Shown piece after piece: positions 1-9,375 of a stretch of 64,000 nucleotides of DNA. The translations under genes and the position numbers were made by a program. The stretch comes from Candidatus Undinarchaeota archaeon. GTDB taxonomy: Archaea > Undinarchaeota > Undinarchaeia > Undinarchaeales > UBA543. Under the pieces are notes generated by a model. That model worked only from the letters and a program-made list of their open reading frames with translations, ran no database searches and was not told the origin of the DNA. The number at the start of each line of letters is the position of its first letter. Within the stretch, counting starts at the first letter, position 1. The DNA is taken from NCBI GenBank assembly GCA_964636545.1, contig CAZWSR010000002.1, forward strand, positions 1-64,000, given 5' to 3'.

Positions 1-596
1 GAAACATCTTCTGGATTAGCCCATTGAGCAGGTGCTTTGTCAACTGTCTCTTCTTCCCATAATTTTGTTTCGTGAGCACCAGGTGCAATTACATTTACAT
101 CAACATTTTTTAATTCGTGTGCAAGTTCTTCAGTAAAACGAACAACAGCTGCTTTGGAAGTTGCATACGCTGCGTGAAGTGGTCTTGCATAAGCTGCTCC
201 ACCACCAGAAATATTAATGATTTTTCCGCGTTCAGAGTTTTCAAGTTTGGAAATAGCTGCTTTGCAACAATTCACCGTTCCAAAAAGATTAACATCTAAA
301 ACACGGCGCATGTTGCGGATTTCAGAATCAACAAGTGGTTTTGTTGGTCCCAAAATTCCTGCACAATTAACAAGCACATCGACATTTTCAATTTTATCAA
401 AAACTTCAACAACCCGCTCATATTCAGTAATATCACAAGAGAAAATCTTTGTGTTTGGGCCAATTTTCTGAACGGCATTATTCAAGTTTTCTTCATTTCG
501 TGCAATTAAAATAATTTCAAAGCCACCGCCGTGCAGTGCTTTGGCTATTATTTTCCCAATTCCACCGCTTCCGCCAGTAATTACTGCTGTTTTCAT
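1..596 (-). CDS. SDR family NAD(P)-dependent oxidoreductase (runs off the window edge)
   Basis: Not in the ORF track. Manual translation from ATG at 596 gives MKTAVITGGSGGIG (TGxxxGIG), VNCAG and YATSK (YxxxK). Confidence 0.9.
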   Translation of the reverse strand, partial: MKTAVITGGSGGIGKIIAKALHGGGFEIILIARNEENLNNAVQKIGPNTKIFSCDITEYERVVEVFDKIENVDVLVNCAGILGPTKPLVDSEIRNMRRVLDVNLFGTVNCCKAAISKLENSERGKIINISGGGAAYARPLHAAYATSKAAVVRFTEELAHELKNVDVNVIAPGAHETKLWEEETVDKAPAQWANPEDV

Positions 597-617
597 GTTT
601 TTTTATCCTTTTGTTTA

Positions 618-680
618 AGGTTTCAGCCCTCGGCCCTCAGCCATCAAGACCTGAGGGCTGACTGCTGACAGCTGACACCT
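618..680 (-). repeat. 63-bp heptamer-periodic hairpin element, copy 1
   Basis: Minus strand reads AGGTGTC AGCTGTC AGCAGTC AGCCCTC AGGTCTT GATGGCT GAGGGCC GAGGGCT GAAACCT. It is 56/63 identical to 16514-16576. Confidence 0.9.
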
Positions 681-684
681 ATTT

Positions 685-1665
685 TCAAACATTAACCAAC
701 ACCTTTGAACCATCAAAATCAAATCTGAAACGAACTTCAGACAATCCTTGTTTGTACATTGCATCTCTGAGTTTGTCTTTGTCTTCTGCATAGAACATTA
801 AGAAACCGCCACCGCCAGCACCAACTAATTTGCCACCAAGTGCTCCGTTTTCCATAGCAACATTATACCACTCATCAATTTTTGGATTAGACATTGCGCC
901 TGAGCGTTTTTTCTTATTCTGCCAATGAATGTCCATTAGCTCTCCAAGTTTTTCAGGGTTGCCAGATTCAAGTGCAAGTTTGCTTTCAACACCAAGCTCC
1001 TTGACTTTGTGAAGATTATTTATCATTGCTTCTTCGTCCTGTTTGCTTTTGTCATCTTGTTCTTTGAGAATAGAGCCAGCACTTCTGGAATAATTTGTAA
1101 AGAATAAAAGTAGATTGTCGTCAAGTGTATCCATGGTTTTCTGTGACATCTTTACGGGTTCTGGTTTTACTGTTCCATCTTTTTCAAACGTGAATGAAGT
1201 TACTCCACCAACTGAGCATGCAAACTGATCTTGCTTGCCAATTGGTTCCTTTAGAATATCAATTTCAATTTTGCACGCTTCTTCTGCAAGCTGTCTTGCT
1301 GATAGTTTTTCCCGCTTGTATAAATGTAATGCATTTAGCAAACCAACTGTAAAACAGCCAGATGAACCAAGTCCAGTGCCGGCTGGGATGTCTGCCATGC
1401 TTGCAACCTCAATACCAGACTCAATATTTGTTAATTTTAGTGCTTCACGAATAATTGGATGCTGTAGTTCGGCAACATTTGAAACTTTTTCGTGTTTGGA
1501 ATAGTGCGCAGTAATGTCCTTGTCAAAGGTTTTGTGCAAGCTAATGTAAACATACTTGTCAATTGCAGCGCTTATTAGGAAACCAGTGTGTTTTGAGTAG
1601 TATGACTCAAGGTCTGTTCCGCCGCCGCCAAGTGTTATCCGTAAAGGGGTTTGTATTATAATCAT
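685..1665 (-). CDS. GHMP sugar kinase, D-glycero-D-manno-heptose-7-phosphate kinase (HddA)-like
   Basis: PLRITLGGGGTD, PAGTGLGSSG, GKQDQ and GAGGGG motifs. Confidence 0.85.
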   Translation of the reverse strand: MIIIQTPLRITLGGGGTDLESYYSKHTGFLISAAIDKYVYISLHKTFDKDITAHYSKHEKVSNVAELQHPIIREALKLTNIESGIEVASMADIPAGTGLGSSGCFTVGLLNALHLYKREKLSARQLAEEACKIEIDILKEPIGKQDQFACSVGGVTSFTFEKDGTVKPEPVKMSQKTMDTLDDNLLLFFTNYSRSAGSILKEQDDKSKQDEEAMINNLHKVKELGVESKLALESGNPEKLGELMDIHWQNKKKRSGAMSNPKIDEWYNVAMENGALGGKLVGAGGGGFLMFYAEDKDKLRDAMYKQGLSEVRFRFDFDGSKVLVNV

Positions 1666-1698
1666 TGTATTGAAACCTGTTAATCTGATTTAAAAGAT

Positions 1699-2391
1699 TT
1701 ATGAAGTGCTGAGATACTCCTCCAACTGCCTAAGCCCTTCTGGCTCACCAATTTCGTAAAATCTTTCTGAAACTTCATAAGCAAGAAGTTCGCGTTTCTC
1801 AATAAGTCCTTGTAGGAAATCTTCCATTTGAACAACAGTATTCTCAGGAATTTGCTGAATTAATGATTTTTTGAAAATAGAGAGGCCGTAATCAACATGT
1901 TTTATGTCAGGAGTAGGATTTTTCTTTTCATATTTCACAATTAAACCATCCTCAACTTTGAAATTGCTCTTGTGATAATTCAAATCATTTTTGTAAGCAG
2001 TAACTAATGCAGATTTATTTTGCTGATTGAAATGCTCCATAACAGCTGAATAATCAATTGTAAGATAAGAATCTCCATTAATTACAAAAAAAGTGTCTTC
2101 TAGGAGGTTTTCTGCTTTCTTTAGTGCTCCTGCAGTCCCCATTAGGTTCTCGCCTTCGTCACTATACTGGATTTTTACTCCAAACCGAGAGCCATAGCCA
2201 AAGTAATCAATAATTTGCTGGCCCTTGTAACCAATACAAATAACAATGTCAGTAATCCCATTTTTCTTGAAAAGTTCAATTTGATGTTGCACAAATGGTT
2301 TCCCATTAACTTCAATCAATGCTTTTGGAATCTTCTCAGTAATAGGACGCATTCGAGTAGCTATTCCGCCAGCAAGTACAACTATTTGCAT
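1699..2391 (-). CDS. Sugar-phosphate nucleotidyltransferase (HddC-like)
   Basis: LAGGIATRMRP..PKAL, GTAGAL and NGDSY motifs; adjacent to the HddA-like kinase. Confidence 0.85.
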   Translation of the reverse strand: MQIVVLAGGIATRMRPITEKIPKALIEVNGKPFVQHQIELFKKNGITDIVICIGYKGQQIIDYFGYGSRFGVKIQYSDEGENLMGTAGALKKAENLLEDTFFVINGDSYLTIDYSAVMEHFNQQNKSALVTAYKNDLNYHKSNFKVEDGLIVKYEKKNPTPDIKHVDYGLSIFKKSLIQQIPENTVVQMEDFLQGLIEKRELLAYEVSERFYEIGEPEGLRQLEEYLSTS

Positions 2392-2436
2392 TATAGATTA
2401 ATCTCCAGTTTTCTGGTTTTTAAGAATTGTGAAGTG

Positions 2437-3399
2437 TTAAATCTTGAAAGGTTTCTTAAGCCAAAGCAGTCCACCAAAAATATTCATAATGTAATTCAAA
2501 AGTAGAATCATTATTGAAAAGGACACTGCAGAAGTTGATGAAAGGCCAAGTAAGGTGAAAAGAAGTATCAAAACAGCGTCGCGAGTACCAATTCCTGAAA
2601 ATGAAATAGGTAGTGCTTCAACAAGTGTTGTGAATGGAAGTATCAGCAAGATCATGAAATACGAAATTGGAATCCCTAGTGCCATTGCTCCGAAATAAAG
2701 TGAAAGGAAAGCAAGAAGCCAAGACGAAATTGTTGAAAGTGCAAGAGAGATTGATGGAGCAGGAGTTTTGATGAAATGAAGTACAGTTGAATAAAACTCA
2801 TCAAATGCAGTTTTCATTTTAATATGGAATCTGTCTGGAACTAAAAAGTAAAAGAACGGCCTAAGCATTTTTCTCATAAAGTTTTTGCGAGTAAGGAGGA
2901 AAAGTCCGATTGTAAAACAAATTGCAAAAACAACCATTACCCTAACAAAAAAAGAAGTTGCACCATAAAGATTTGAAAATGTTAAAACACAAATAACTGC
3001 ACCGACTAACATCAAACCAATATCAAAAATTCTATCAATTAAGATTGATGTAAAACCGCGGACAAGCGGCATTCCTTTTTGCTTGAGGTACGCTGCTCTT
3101 GAAAAGTCACCAAGACGAGCAGGCGTAATTGATCCAATAAAATATGAAATAAGAACAACCTTGAAACTTTCAAGAAGTGGGTAGTGGAAATCCAGATTTT
3201 TCAAAATGCCTTGCCACTTATATGCTTTGATAAGCATTGTAGGAATTAATAAGAGAACTGCAATGCAGAAATAATACAAATTAATTCCCTTGAATTCCTG
3301 CCAAATTGATAAAGGACCAACACGATACAGAATATATGCAAACAGTGAGACTCCAATTATTGGAAGTACTCTTGAAAGGGTGCTTCTTAGTTTAGTCAT
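2437..3399 (-). CDS. Lysylphosphatidylglycerol synthase-TM / UPF0104 flippase-like membrane protein
   Basis: Multi-TM; TPARLGD..R, DRIFD and PISFSGIGTRD motifs. Confidence 0.8.
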   Translation of the reverse strand: MTKLRSTLSRVLPIIGVSLFAYILYRVGPLSIWQEFKGINLYYFCIAVLLLIPTMLIKAYKWQGILKNLDFHYPLLESFKVVLISYFIGSITPARLGDFSRAAYLKQKGMPLVRGFTSILIDRIFDIGLMLVGAVICVLTFSNLYGATSFFVRVMVVFAICFTIGLFLLTRKNFMRKMLRPFFYFLVPDRFHIKMKTAFDEFYSTVLHFIKTPAPSISLALSTISSWLLAFLSLYFGAMALGIPISYFMILLILPFTTLVEALPISFSGIGTRDAVLILLFTLLGLSSTSAVSFSIMILLLNYIMNIFGGLLWLKKPFKI

Positions 3400-5605
3400 A
3401 ATTGACCTTGAAAACTTTTATTTCATCTCCATAAGTTTGGACAAACTCAAAATGATCAAGATTTTGCCCATTAAAGAGATGTAATTGAGTTAACATATTA
3501 TTTTCCAAATGTTCAGGAAGGAAAATGGCAGAACGGAATGATGAGTCAACATAGAGTAACCCTGGAATAGCGCCTTCATCTGGGTTTTCAGAAATATATG
3601 CATTTCCTTCATTAATGTAAAAAATCCTTTGTAGTGGTTGAGAAGTATACCCTTGATTGAGAGTTCCAGAGATTCCATCTTCTTTTAGATTAAGAAGAAT
3701 GCTTGTTTCAGAATCAAGAGGATAAACTAAAACCGTACCAGAAGCGGTGTTCTTGGCTTCAGACATGCTGAGGAAAAGATAGTTTTCTCCTTGGCCATTT
3801 GCAAGGAAACTGATTGCACCATACTTGTTTAGGAGATCACTGCTTGTGTAGAAATAAGACACATTATATTTGCCAAGACGCTCCACAGCAAGAGCTTCAT
3901 CCGTTGTTGTGAAAGCAATTGCTAGGTCGTGGACGTGTCGAGAGTTCTGACTTCCATCTGCAACAGAAGGACGTTTACCAACAGCAGTCATTGAATGTCC
4001 TGGGTCCCACCAAGAAGCAAAAATCGCATCCTTTGGTGTCTCATCTCGTGCCCAATATAAGAAATCAAACCAATTCTGCCCAAGAGATGGACCAGATTGG
4101 CCGGCAGACAATCGACCATATGTATAAAAGGGTGGACCAGTTTGTGCGCCTTGCGCAATGGCGATATTGGGTAATGCAAATATCAATAAGAATAATGAAA
4201 GGCCGATAATAACTGAAACAACCGGTTTTTTAGCTGAGATTTTAGACACTGCAAATGCAATGGAAATCCCTGCAAAAATCGCAAGTGGTAACGCCACCAT
4301 TGTCACAAACCTTGTTGCCTTGAAAGACATAAAAAATGTTGCAGCAAGCCAAAGTGAGAAGAAAGCAACATGGTGCATATTCTTTTTTAGCTTTTTCCAC
4401 AAGCCCAGTGGAAGTAATAGAAGGAATCCTAAAGACAAGAGAACAGGAGCAATGTGCAATCGTGCTAGAATTTGACGTAGGTTTGCAGGATTCATTTCAG
4501 CTACGGTTTTGTAGACATTTCTAACAGACTCGCCTTCCATAGATGTTGAAATAACCTCTGTGACCTTGAGATTTCTAGATACAGTTATTGCTGAAAAGAT
4601 ATTTACAGAACCAAATCCCCTAGCAATACCAATAATAAGAACTCCAAGAACAATTACAATAACAAAACACACATATTTCTTCCAGTTTTCTGAAAAATGG
4701 TTTTGAACTAGTGAAAAAATTGATGGTTTGTCGATAAGATATTTTTGAAGAACATTGAATACAAAATAAAATCCAACAAGTCCAAACATAAGAAGTGGAG
4801 CAAATTTATACGCATTCCATGCAAGTCCAAAGAGCCCTAGACAGGCTCCGCCAATGAACGCATACAAAAAGGACTCAGAGTCCCACGCCTTTGCAAAGAA
4901 ATAGAATGTAAACACAGTGAAAAAAGCAATAACTGCGTCACTGTCTGCGAAACCTGAAACACTACGTGTTATGAAAGAGGAAGATAGAGTTAACACAAAA
5001 CCAGAAGCCAGCCCAGCGTATGGCCCGAAGAATTGTTTGACAAGTAGAAACATTCCAAGAACAGCAAGCACACCGAAAATTGCAGGAGTCCAGCGATGCC
5101 ATACTAGAAGGTTGGGTGCAACGAATCTTCCTACAGCTTTGTAAGAATATGCAGAGAAATAGGGGTAAAATTCCTGATAGGCTCTACCACCCATTGGAGC
5201 ATCATGCATCGTATCCCATGCAACTAAATCATAACCAGGAGGACAATCTGCAGTATTTGGAATAGCATCATTTAACTTTTCATTGTAACAGACCTTTGTG
5301 TCGCCTACATAACCATGATCATACACATTTTCTGCGTGCCTGTAGTGCCAATATGGATCCATTGCAGACAAAGAATTCTCATAAATCCCTGTATATTTTG
5401 ATTCAGGAGTGAAAAGAACCTTTCCTGAAAAAAGTAAAAGCACAATAAGAAGTCCATAAATTATGAAGTTCTTGTGGTCTTTAAGCCATTTTCCTGCTTT
5501 CGAAAGATCAAACGCCATTTCATCATCGGAAGATTTATCGCGATTGAACTTTCCTTTTATTTTTGAAAAACTAAAGGACATACTGTCCTCCCCCTCATTT
5601 GCCAT
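3392..5605 (-). CDS. aglB: Oligosaccharyltransferase AglB (STT3 family), paralogue 1
   Basis: DPYWHYR, DSD, TVAE, WWDPG (WWDxG) and DLLNK (DxxK) motifs; multi-TM N-terminal domain. Alternative start at 5611. Confidence 0.92.
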   Translation of the reverse strand: MANEGEDSMSFSFSKIKGKFNRDKSSDDEMAFDLSKAGKWLKDHKNFIIYGLLIVLLLFSGKVLFTPESKYTGIYENSLSAMDPYWHYRHAENVYDHGYVGDTKVCYNEKLNDAIPNTADCPPGYDLVAWDTMHDAPMGGRAYQEFYPYFSAYSYKAVGRFVAPNLLVWHRWTPAIFGVLAVLGMFLLVKQFFGPYAGLASGFVLTLSSSFITRSVSGFADSDAVIAFFTVFTFYFFAKAWDSESFLYAFIGGACLGLFGLAWNAYKFAPLLMFGLVGFYFVFNVLQKYLIDKPSIFSLVQNHFSENWKKYVCFVIVIVLGVLIIGIARGFGSVNIFSAITVSRNLKVTEVISTSMEGESVRNVYKTVAEMNPANLRQILARLHIAPVLLSLGFLLLLPLGLWKKLKKNMHHVAFFSLWLAATFFMSFKATRFVTMVALPLAIFAGISIAFAVSKISAKKPVVSVIIGLSLFLLIFALPNIAIAQGAQTGPPFYTYGRLSAGQSGPSLGQNWFDFLYWARDETPKDAIFASWWDPGHSMTAVGKRPSVADGSQNSRHVHDLAIAFTTTDEALAVERLGKYNVSYFYTSSDLLNKYGAISFLANGQGENYLFLSMSEAKNTASGTVLVYPLDSETSILLNLKEDGISGTLNQGYTSQPLQRIFYINEGNAYISENPDEGAIPGLLYVDSSFRSAIFLPEHLENNMLTQLHLFNGQNLDHFEFVQTYGDEIKVFKVNYD

Positions 5606-5653
5606 GCACATTGGTTAAAAAACTGCATTAATAAAGATTATGATTGCTGAGGA

Positions 5654-7828
5654 TTATGAAGTAAATTTGAAAAGTTTTATCTCTCCACCAAAATCTTTCA
5701 CAAATTCAAAATGCTCTAAATTTTGTCCATTGAAAAACTGTAATTGAGTTAAAAGATTTTTTTCAAGATTTCCAGAGAGTATGAATATCTCACCATATGA
5801 TTTAGAAACAATTAGAAGTGGATCGGAGGGTTCTGCATCCGCTTTTTCAGATAGATAAGGAGACTCATCAACAAAATAATACAGGCGTTTTATCTCAGTT
5901 GTGGTTGGCCCTTGTTTGATTAAAGCAGTCCATGACTCACCATTGAAATTAAGAAGGAGTGTGGAAATACTATCGAGAGGATAAGTATAGACGCCACCAG
6001 ATGGCGATTGTTGAATTTCAGATAGACGAGCATATGGGTAAGAAATGGATTGACCAGTGTTGAGGAAGGATATTGAAGTGTATTTAGAAAGTAAATCAAC
6101 ACTTGTGTAGAAATAAGATACATTGTATTTACTAAGGCGCTCCACAGAAACGCTTTCATCGGTTGCTGTAAATGCAACGGCAAGATCATGAACATGATAA
6201 TCATTTTGACTTCCGTCTGCAACAGAGGGTCGTTCTCCGATTGCAGTCATTGCATGTCCTGGATCCCACCAAGAAGCAAATATTGCATCTTCAGGTGTGT
6301 TTTCACGAGACCATTTGAAAAAACTCCCCCAGTTCTGGCTGAAAGTTGGAGCAGCAGTTGAAACTGTTGAAAATATTGAAGAGATATAAGACGGTCCTGC
6401 AGGAGCCCCTTGGTATTGTGGAAGGTTTGGAAGGAAAAGTAAAATTGAAAAAAGCAAAATAAAAATAACAAGGATTGTTGCTTTTGACTTTATTTTTATG
6501 AAAGAGGAGACAGCAAGCCCAGTAAGTAAGGAAAAAGGAAGTGCTAGCATGATAGAAAATCTCATTGCTTTTAGAGACATAAACAAAACAGTAATTGTCC
6601 AGAATATTAGGAAAAATAAAGAATGATACTTACTTGAAAACTCTTTTCTGTTAAATAAAAATAATGCAAAAAACATCGAGATAAACAAGAATGGAGCAAT
6701 ATGAAGGATAAAAATAACTTTTCTGAAAGACATTGAAGACAATTCATCTACTGTAGAATACACAGTACGAATTTCCTCTGTGCCAGCACTTCCAACAACT
6801 TCTTGGGCTTTTAATTGTGTAGATGTTTTGAGAACTGAAAAAATATTTATGTGACGGACGCCTTTCAAAAAGCCGATAAGTGCAAAGCCGATAAAGAATA
6901 TTAGTAAGAGAATTGCATATTTTTTCCAATGTTTTTTGAAATGACCTATAGTGAGTTGAGGGATTTTTTTGAGTTTTTTGAAATTAAGACCAAGGTTGAA
7001 TATAAAGAAAAAGAATGCATAGGAAAGTATCAAGATTGGAACAAATTTGTAAGAAGACCAAGCGAAACCAAACATCCCGAGGAAAACTCCACCAATGGCA
7101 CCATACAACCACGATTCCTTGCGCCAGGCAAGTGCGAAGAAGAAGAAAGTGAAAACAGTGAAAAATGCTATGAGCGCGTCAGTATCTGCAGAACCAGAAA
7201 CACTTTTAAAAATTGAAAGAGCAGTAGTAGAATAGAAAAAAGCAGACGCAAGTCCAGCAATTGGATTGAACAATTCTTTGATTAACAAAAATGCACCAAG
7301 GATTGTTAAAAGACCGAAGAAAACAGGAGTCCAGCGATGCCAAACTAAAAGACTAGGTGCAAAAAACTGGCCAAGATATTTGTAAGAATATGCTGAAAAA
7401 TAAGGATAGAATTCCTGCTCAATTTCACTACCAAATGGGGCATCGTGCATTGTATCCCAATACACTTCCTTGCCATCAACAAGTCGGATTTCATCACCAA
7501 CATAACCATGATCCAACACATTTTTTGCGTGCCGATAATGCCAATAAGAATCAGTCGAAGAGAATCCTTCCTCGAGCCCATCTGTGAATTTTTCTTCTGG
7601 TTTAAATCGGATATATCCAGAGAATATGAGAAGTAACGCAAGTGCGAGATAAACTAGAAGCTTTTTATTTTGTTTGAGCCACATTGTCTGTTTGGAAAAA
7701 TCAACAGTAACATATTCGCCTGGTTTTTTATCTTCTTTTTTGGCATTAGAGATAAAACTGGTGTCAACACTCAGATTGCCATGATGTAAAACGTTCTCCT
7801 CTTCTTTATCCCCCTCAGCCATGAGCAT
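5654..7828 (-). CDS. aglB: Oligosaccharyltransferase AglB (STT3 family), paralogue 2
   Basis: DSYWHYR, DTD, TVDE, WWDPG and DLLSK motifs; collinear with paralogue 1. Confidence 0.9.
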   Translation of the reverse strand: MLMAEGDKEEENVLHHGNLSVDTSFISNAKKEDKKPGEYVTVDFSKQTMWLKQNKKLLVYLALALLLIFSGYIRFKPEEKFTDGLEEGFSSTDSYWHYRHAKNVLDHGYVGDEIRLVDGKEVYWDTMHDAPFGSEIEQEFYPYFSAYSYKYLGQFFAPSLLVWHRWTPVFFGLLTILGAFLLIKELFNPIAGLASAFFYSTTALSIFKSVSGSADTDALIAFFTVFTFFFFALAWRKESWLYGAIGGVFLGMFGFAWSSYKFVPILILSYAFFFFIFNLGLNFKKLKKIPQLTIGHFKKHWKKYAILLLIFFIGFALIGFLKGVRHINIFSVLKTSTQLKAQEVVGSAGTEEIRTVYSTVDELSSMSFRKVIFILHIAPFLFISMFFALFLFNRKEFSSKYHSLFFLIFWTITVLFMSLKAMRFSIMLALPFSLLTGLAVSSFIKIKSKATILVIFILLFSILLFLPNLPQYQGAPAGPSYISSIFSTVSTAAPTFSQNWGSFFKWSRENTPEDAIFASWWDPGHAMTAIGERPSVADGSQNDYHVHDLAVAFTATDESVSVERLSKYNVSYFYTSVDLLSKYTSISFLNTGQSISYPYARLSEIQQSPSGGVYTYPLDSISTLLLNFNGESWTALIKQGPTTTEIKRLYYFVDESPYLSEKADAEPSDPLLIVSKSYGEIFILSGNLEKNLLTQLQFFNGQNLEHFEFVKDFGGEIKLFKFTS

Positions 7829-7853
7829 GAATAAGTTGTATAGCTAATAAATG

Positions 7854-8996
7854 TTATGTTTTCAAAAGTTCTTTTAACAAAACTGTTGCGTACGAGCCTT
7901 TTTGCAAATCAAATTTAACTGTTACAGAATTTTCATCTGATTCAACTGAAAAATTCTTGATTTCAGCAAGCCATTTGCGGGTTCCGCCACTTACGCTTGC
8001 TTCTGGAAACTGCTTGATTCGTAAATCTTTTTGAGTTAGATTGTCTTTTTCAATGATGCTGATTTCTTTTTCAGTGAGAGTAGAATCGTATCCAACAAGA
8101 TTACCTTCTCCTTCAAGAGATTCGCCTTTTTCTAGTTTTTCAGAAAGAAGTTGGTTGAAAATATTCGACTGGTATGCGTGAGTGAACAGCTTGTAAATAT
8201 TTTTGCTGAGCCGCTTGAATGCTCCAACAAAGTCAGATGGGTGTTGGATAAGTTGGTTAATAAGTGCGTTTTCAAATCGCATGAATCGTGGGAATTGTTT
8301 GAAGGTTCCCCAGTTTTTTGCCAAATCTTCGCGAGCTTCTTTTCCTTCTGGTTTTTCTTCAGCAGTTGTTGCTGTCAAGAAGGTTTTGCAAGCGTCTTCC
8401 ATTTTTCCTTGGAGTAGGTATTTGCCAATTAGATGATTGTTATGCCGCATTCCAAATCGCTGTTGCCCGAAAAAGTTTGGAAGTCCACCAAGTTTTTCCA
8501 GTTCCTTGAATGTTTCCTTGCAGGACTTGGCTGCTTCTTCTGGGTTTTCAACATCAGTTAATCTAATTGTGAATCTATTTCCCCAAAGATCTCCGAGTGC
8601 TAATTTCTTATCAAATGCTTCAAAATCACCAATTGTAATATCTTTTGTTCTGAAATTTGCTAATCGTTCAACTGGAATTTTCCAAGCTGAGATTTTCTGA
8701 GCAGTGAGTGCGTATTTGTCTTTTGTTCCAGCATAGGTTACTCGTTTCCTGGAGACGCCGCAGAATGAAGCTATGTTTTTGAGAACTGTGTCTTGATTCC
8801 AATCTCGTTTTACTAAAGTGAATTTAATGTATTCTGAATTTAATTCTTTTATAGTTGGGTCTGGCTCTAAACTAGCAACAGAACCGTCTGTTAGAATTTC
8901 TTGAACAATGAAATCAGTTGGCTCTTGTTTGAACTTGCCGCTGAAGCCAGGTGATTTTGTGGCGTTTTGGGTAATTCCGAATATTGAATAATCCAT
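7854..8996 (-). CDS. truD: tRNA pseudouridine(13) synthase TruD
   Basis: DFIVQE, YAGTKDKYALTAQ, GNRF, PNFFGQQRFG and GSYAT motifs. Confidence 0.95.
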   Translation of the reverse strand: MDYSIFGITQNATKSPGFSGKFKQEPTDFIVQEILTDGSVASLEPDPTIKELNSEYIKFTLVKRDWNQDTVLKNIASFCGVSRKRVTYAGTKDKYALTAQKISAWKIPVERLANFRTKDITIGDFEAFDKKLALGDLWGNRFTIRLTDVENPEEAAKSCKETFKELEKLGGLPNFFGQQRFGMRHNNHLIGKYLLQGKMEDACKTFLTATTAEEKPEGKEAREDLAKNWGTFKQFPRFMRFENALINQLIQHPSDFVGAFKRLSKNIYKLFTHAYQSNIFNQLLSEKLEKGESLEGEGNLVGYDSTLTEKEISIIEKDNLTQKDLRIKQFPEASVSGGTRKWLAEIKNFSVESDENSVTVKFDLQKGSYATVLLKELLKT

Positions 8997-9346
8997 TAAC
9001 CTAAAAGTTTCAATCCCCCAGTAACTTTGTCAATATCAGCTTCAAGAGCAGGACCAATTCCAACTGCTGTTTTTGTTCCAGCAGGAATTTCAGTGTGTCC
9101 AGCATCTGTGATTAAACAAGCAGGTAGGCCACGGTCTTTTGCTGTCTGGAAATATTGAATAAGTTCTTGTTCATTAGCAACTTCTAGAACAACTTTCTTC
9201 ATTCCTTCTTTCAGCCAGGTATTCCCTGTTTCTTTTGCTTTAACATACGCCTCAACACTAGCGTGCGCTCCCTGCGCAACTGCCTTGCCTTTGCTAAGAT
9301 TGAGGTCTTTTCTCAAAAGAATTGCTTGTTTATATTTGAGATCCAT
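8996..9346 (-). CDS. pth2: Peptidyl-tRNA hydrolase Pth2
   Basis: KGKAVAQGAHA, DAGHTEI and GIGP motifs. Confidence 0.95.
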   Translation of the reverse strand: MDLKYKQAILLRKDLNLSKGKAVAQGAHASVEAYVKAKETGNTWLKEGMKKVVLEVANEQELIQYFQTAKDRGLPACLITDAGHTEIPAGTKTAVGIGPALEADIDKVTGGLKLLG

Positions 9347-9375
9347 GATAAAATTAAGAAATTGCTAGTTTAAAC

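Noticed and set aside
618-680. Heptamer hairpins as CRISPR repeats or simple terminators
   Set aside because: There is no repeat-spacer array or cas gene. Copies 1 and 2 lie inside operons and are followed by an RBS tail rather than a sense-strand U-tract.
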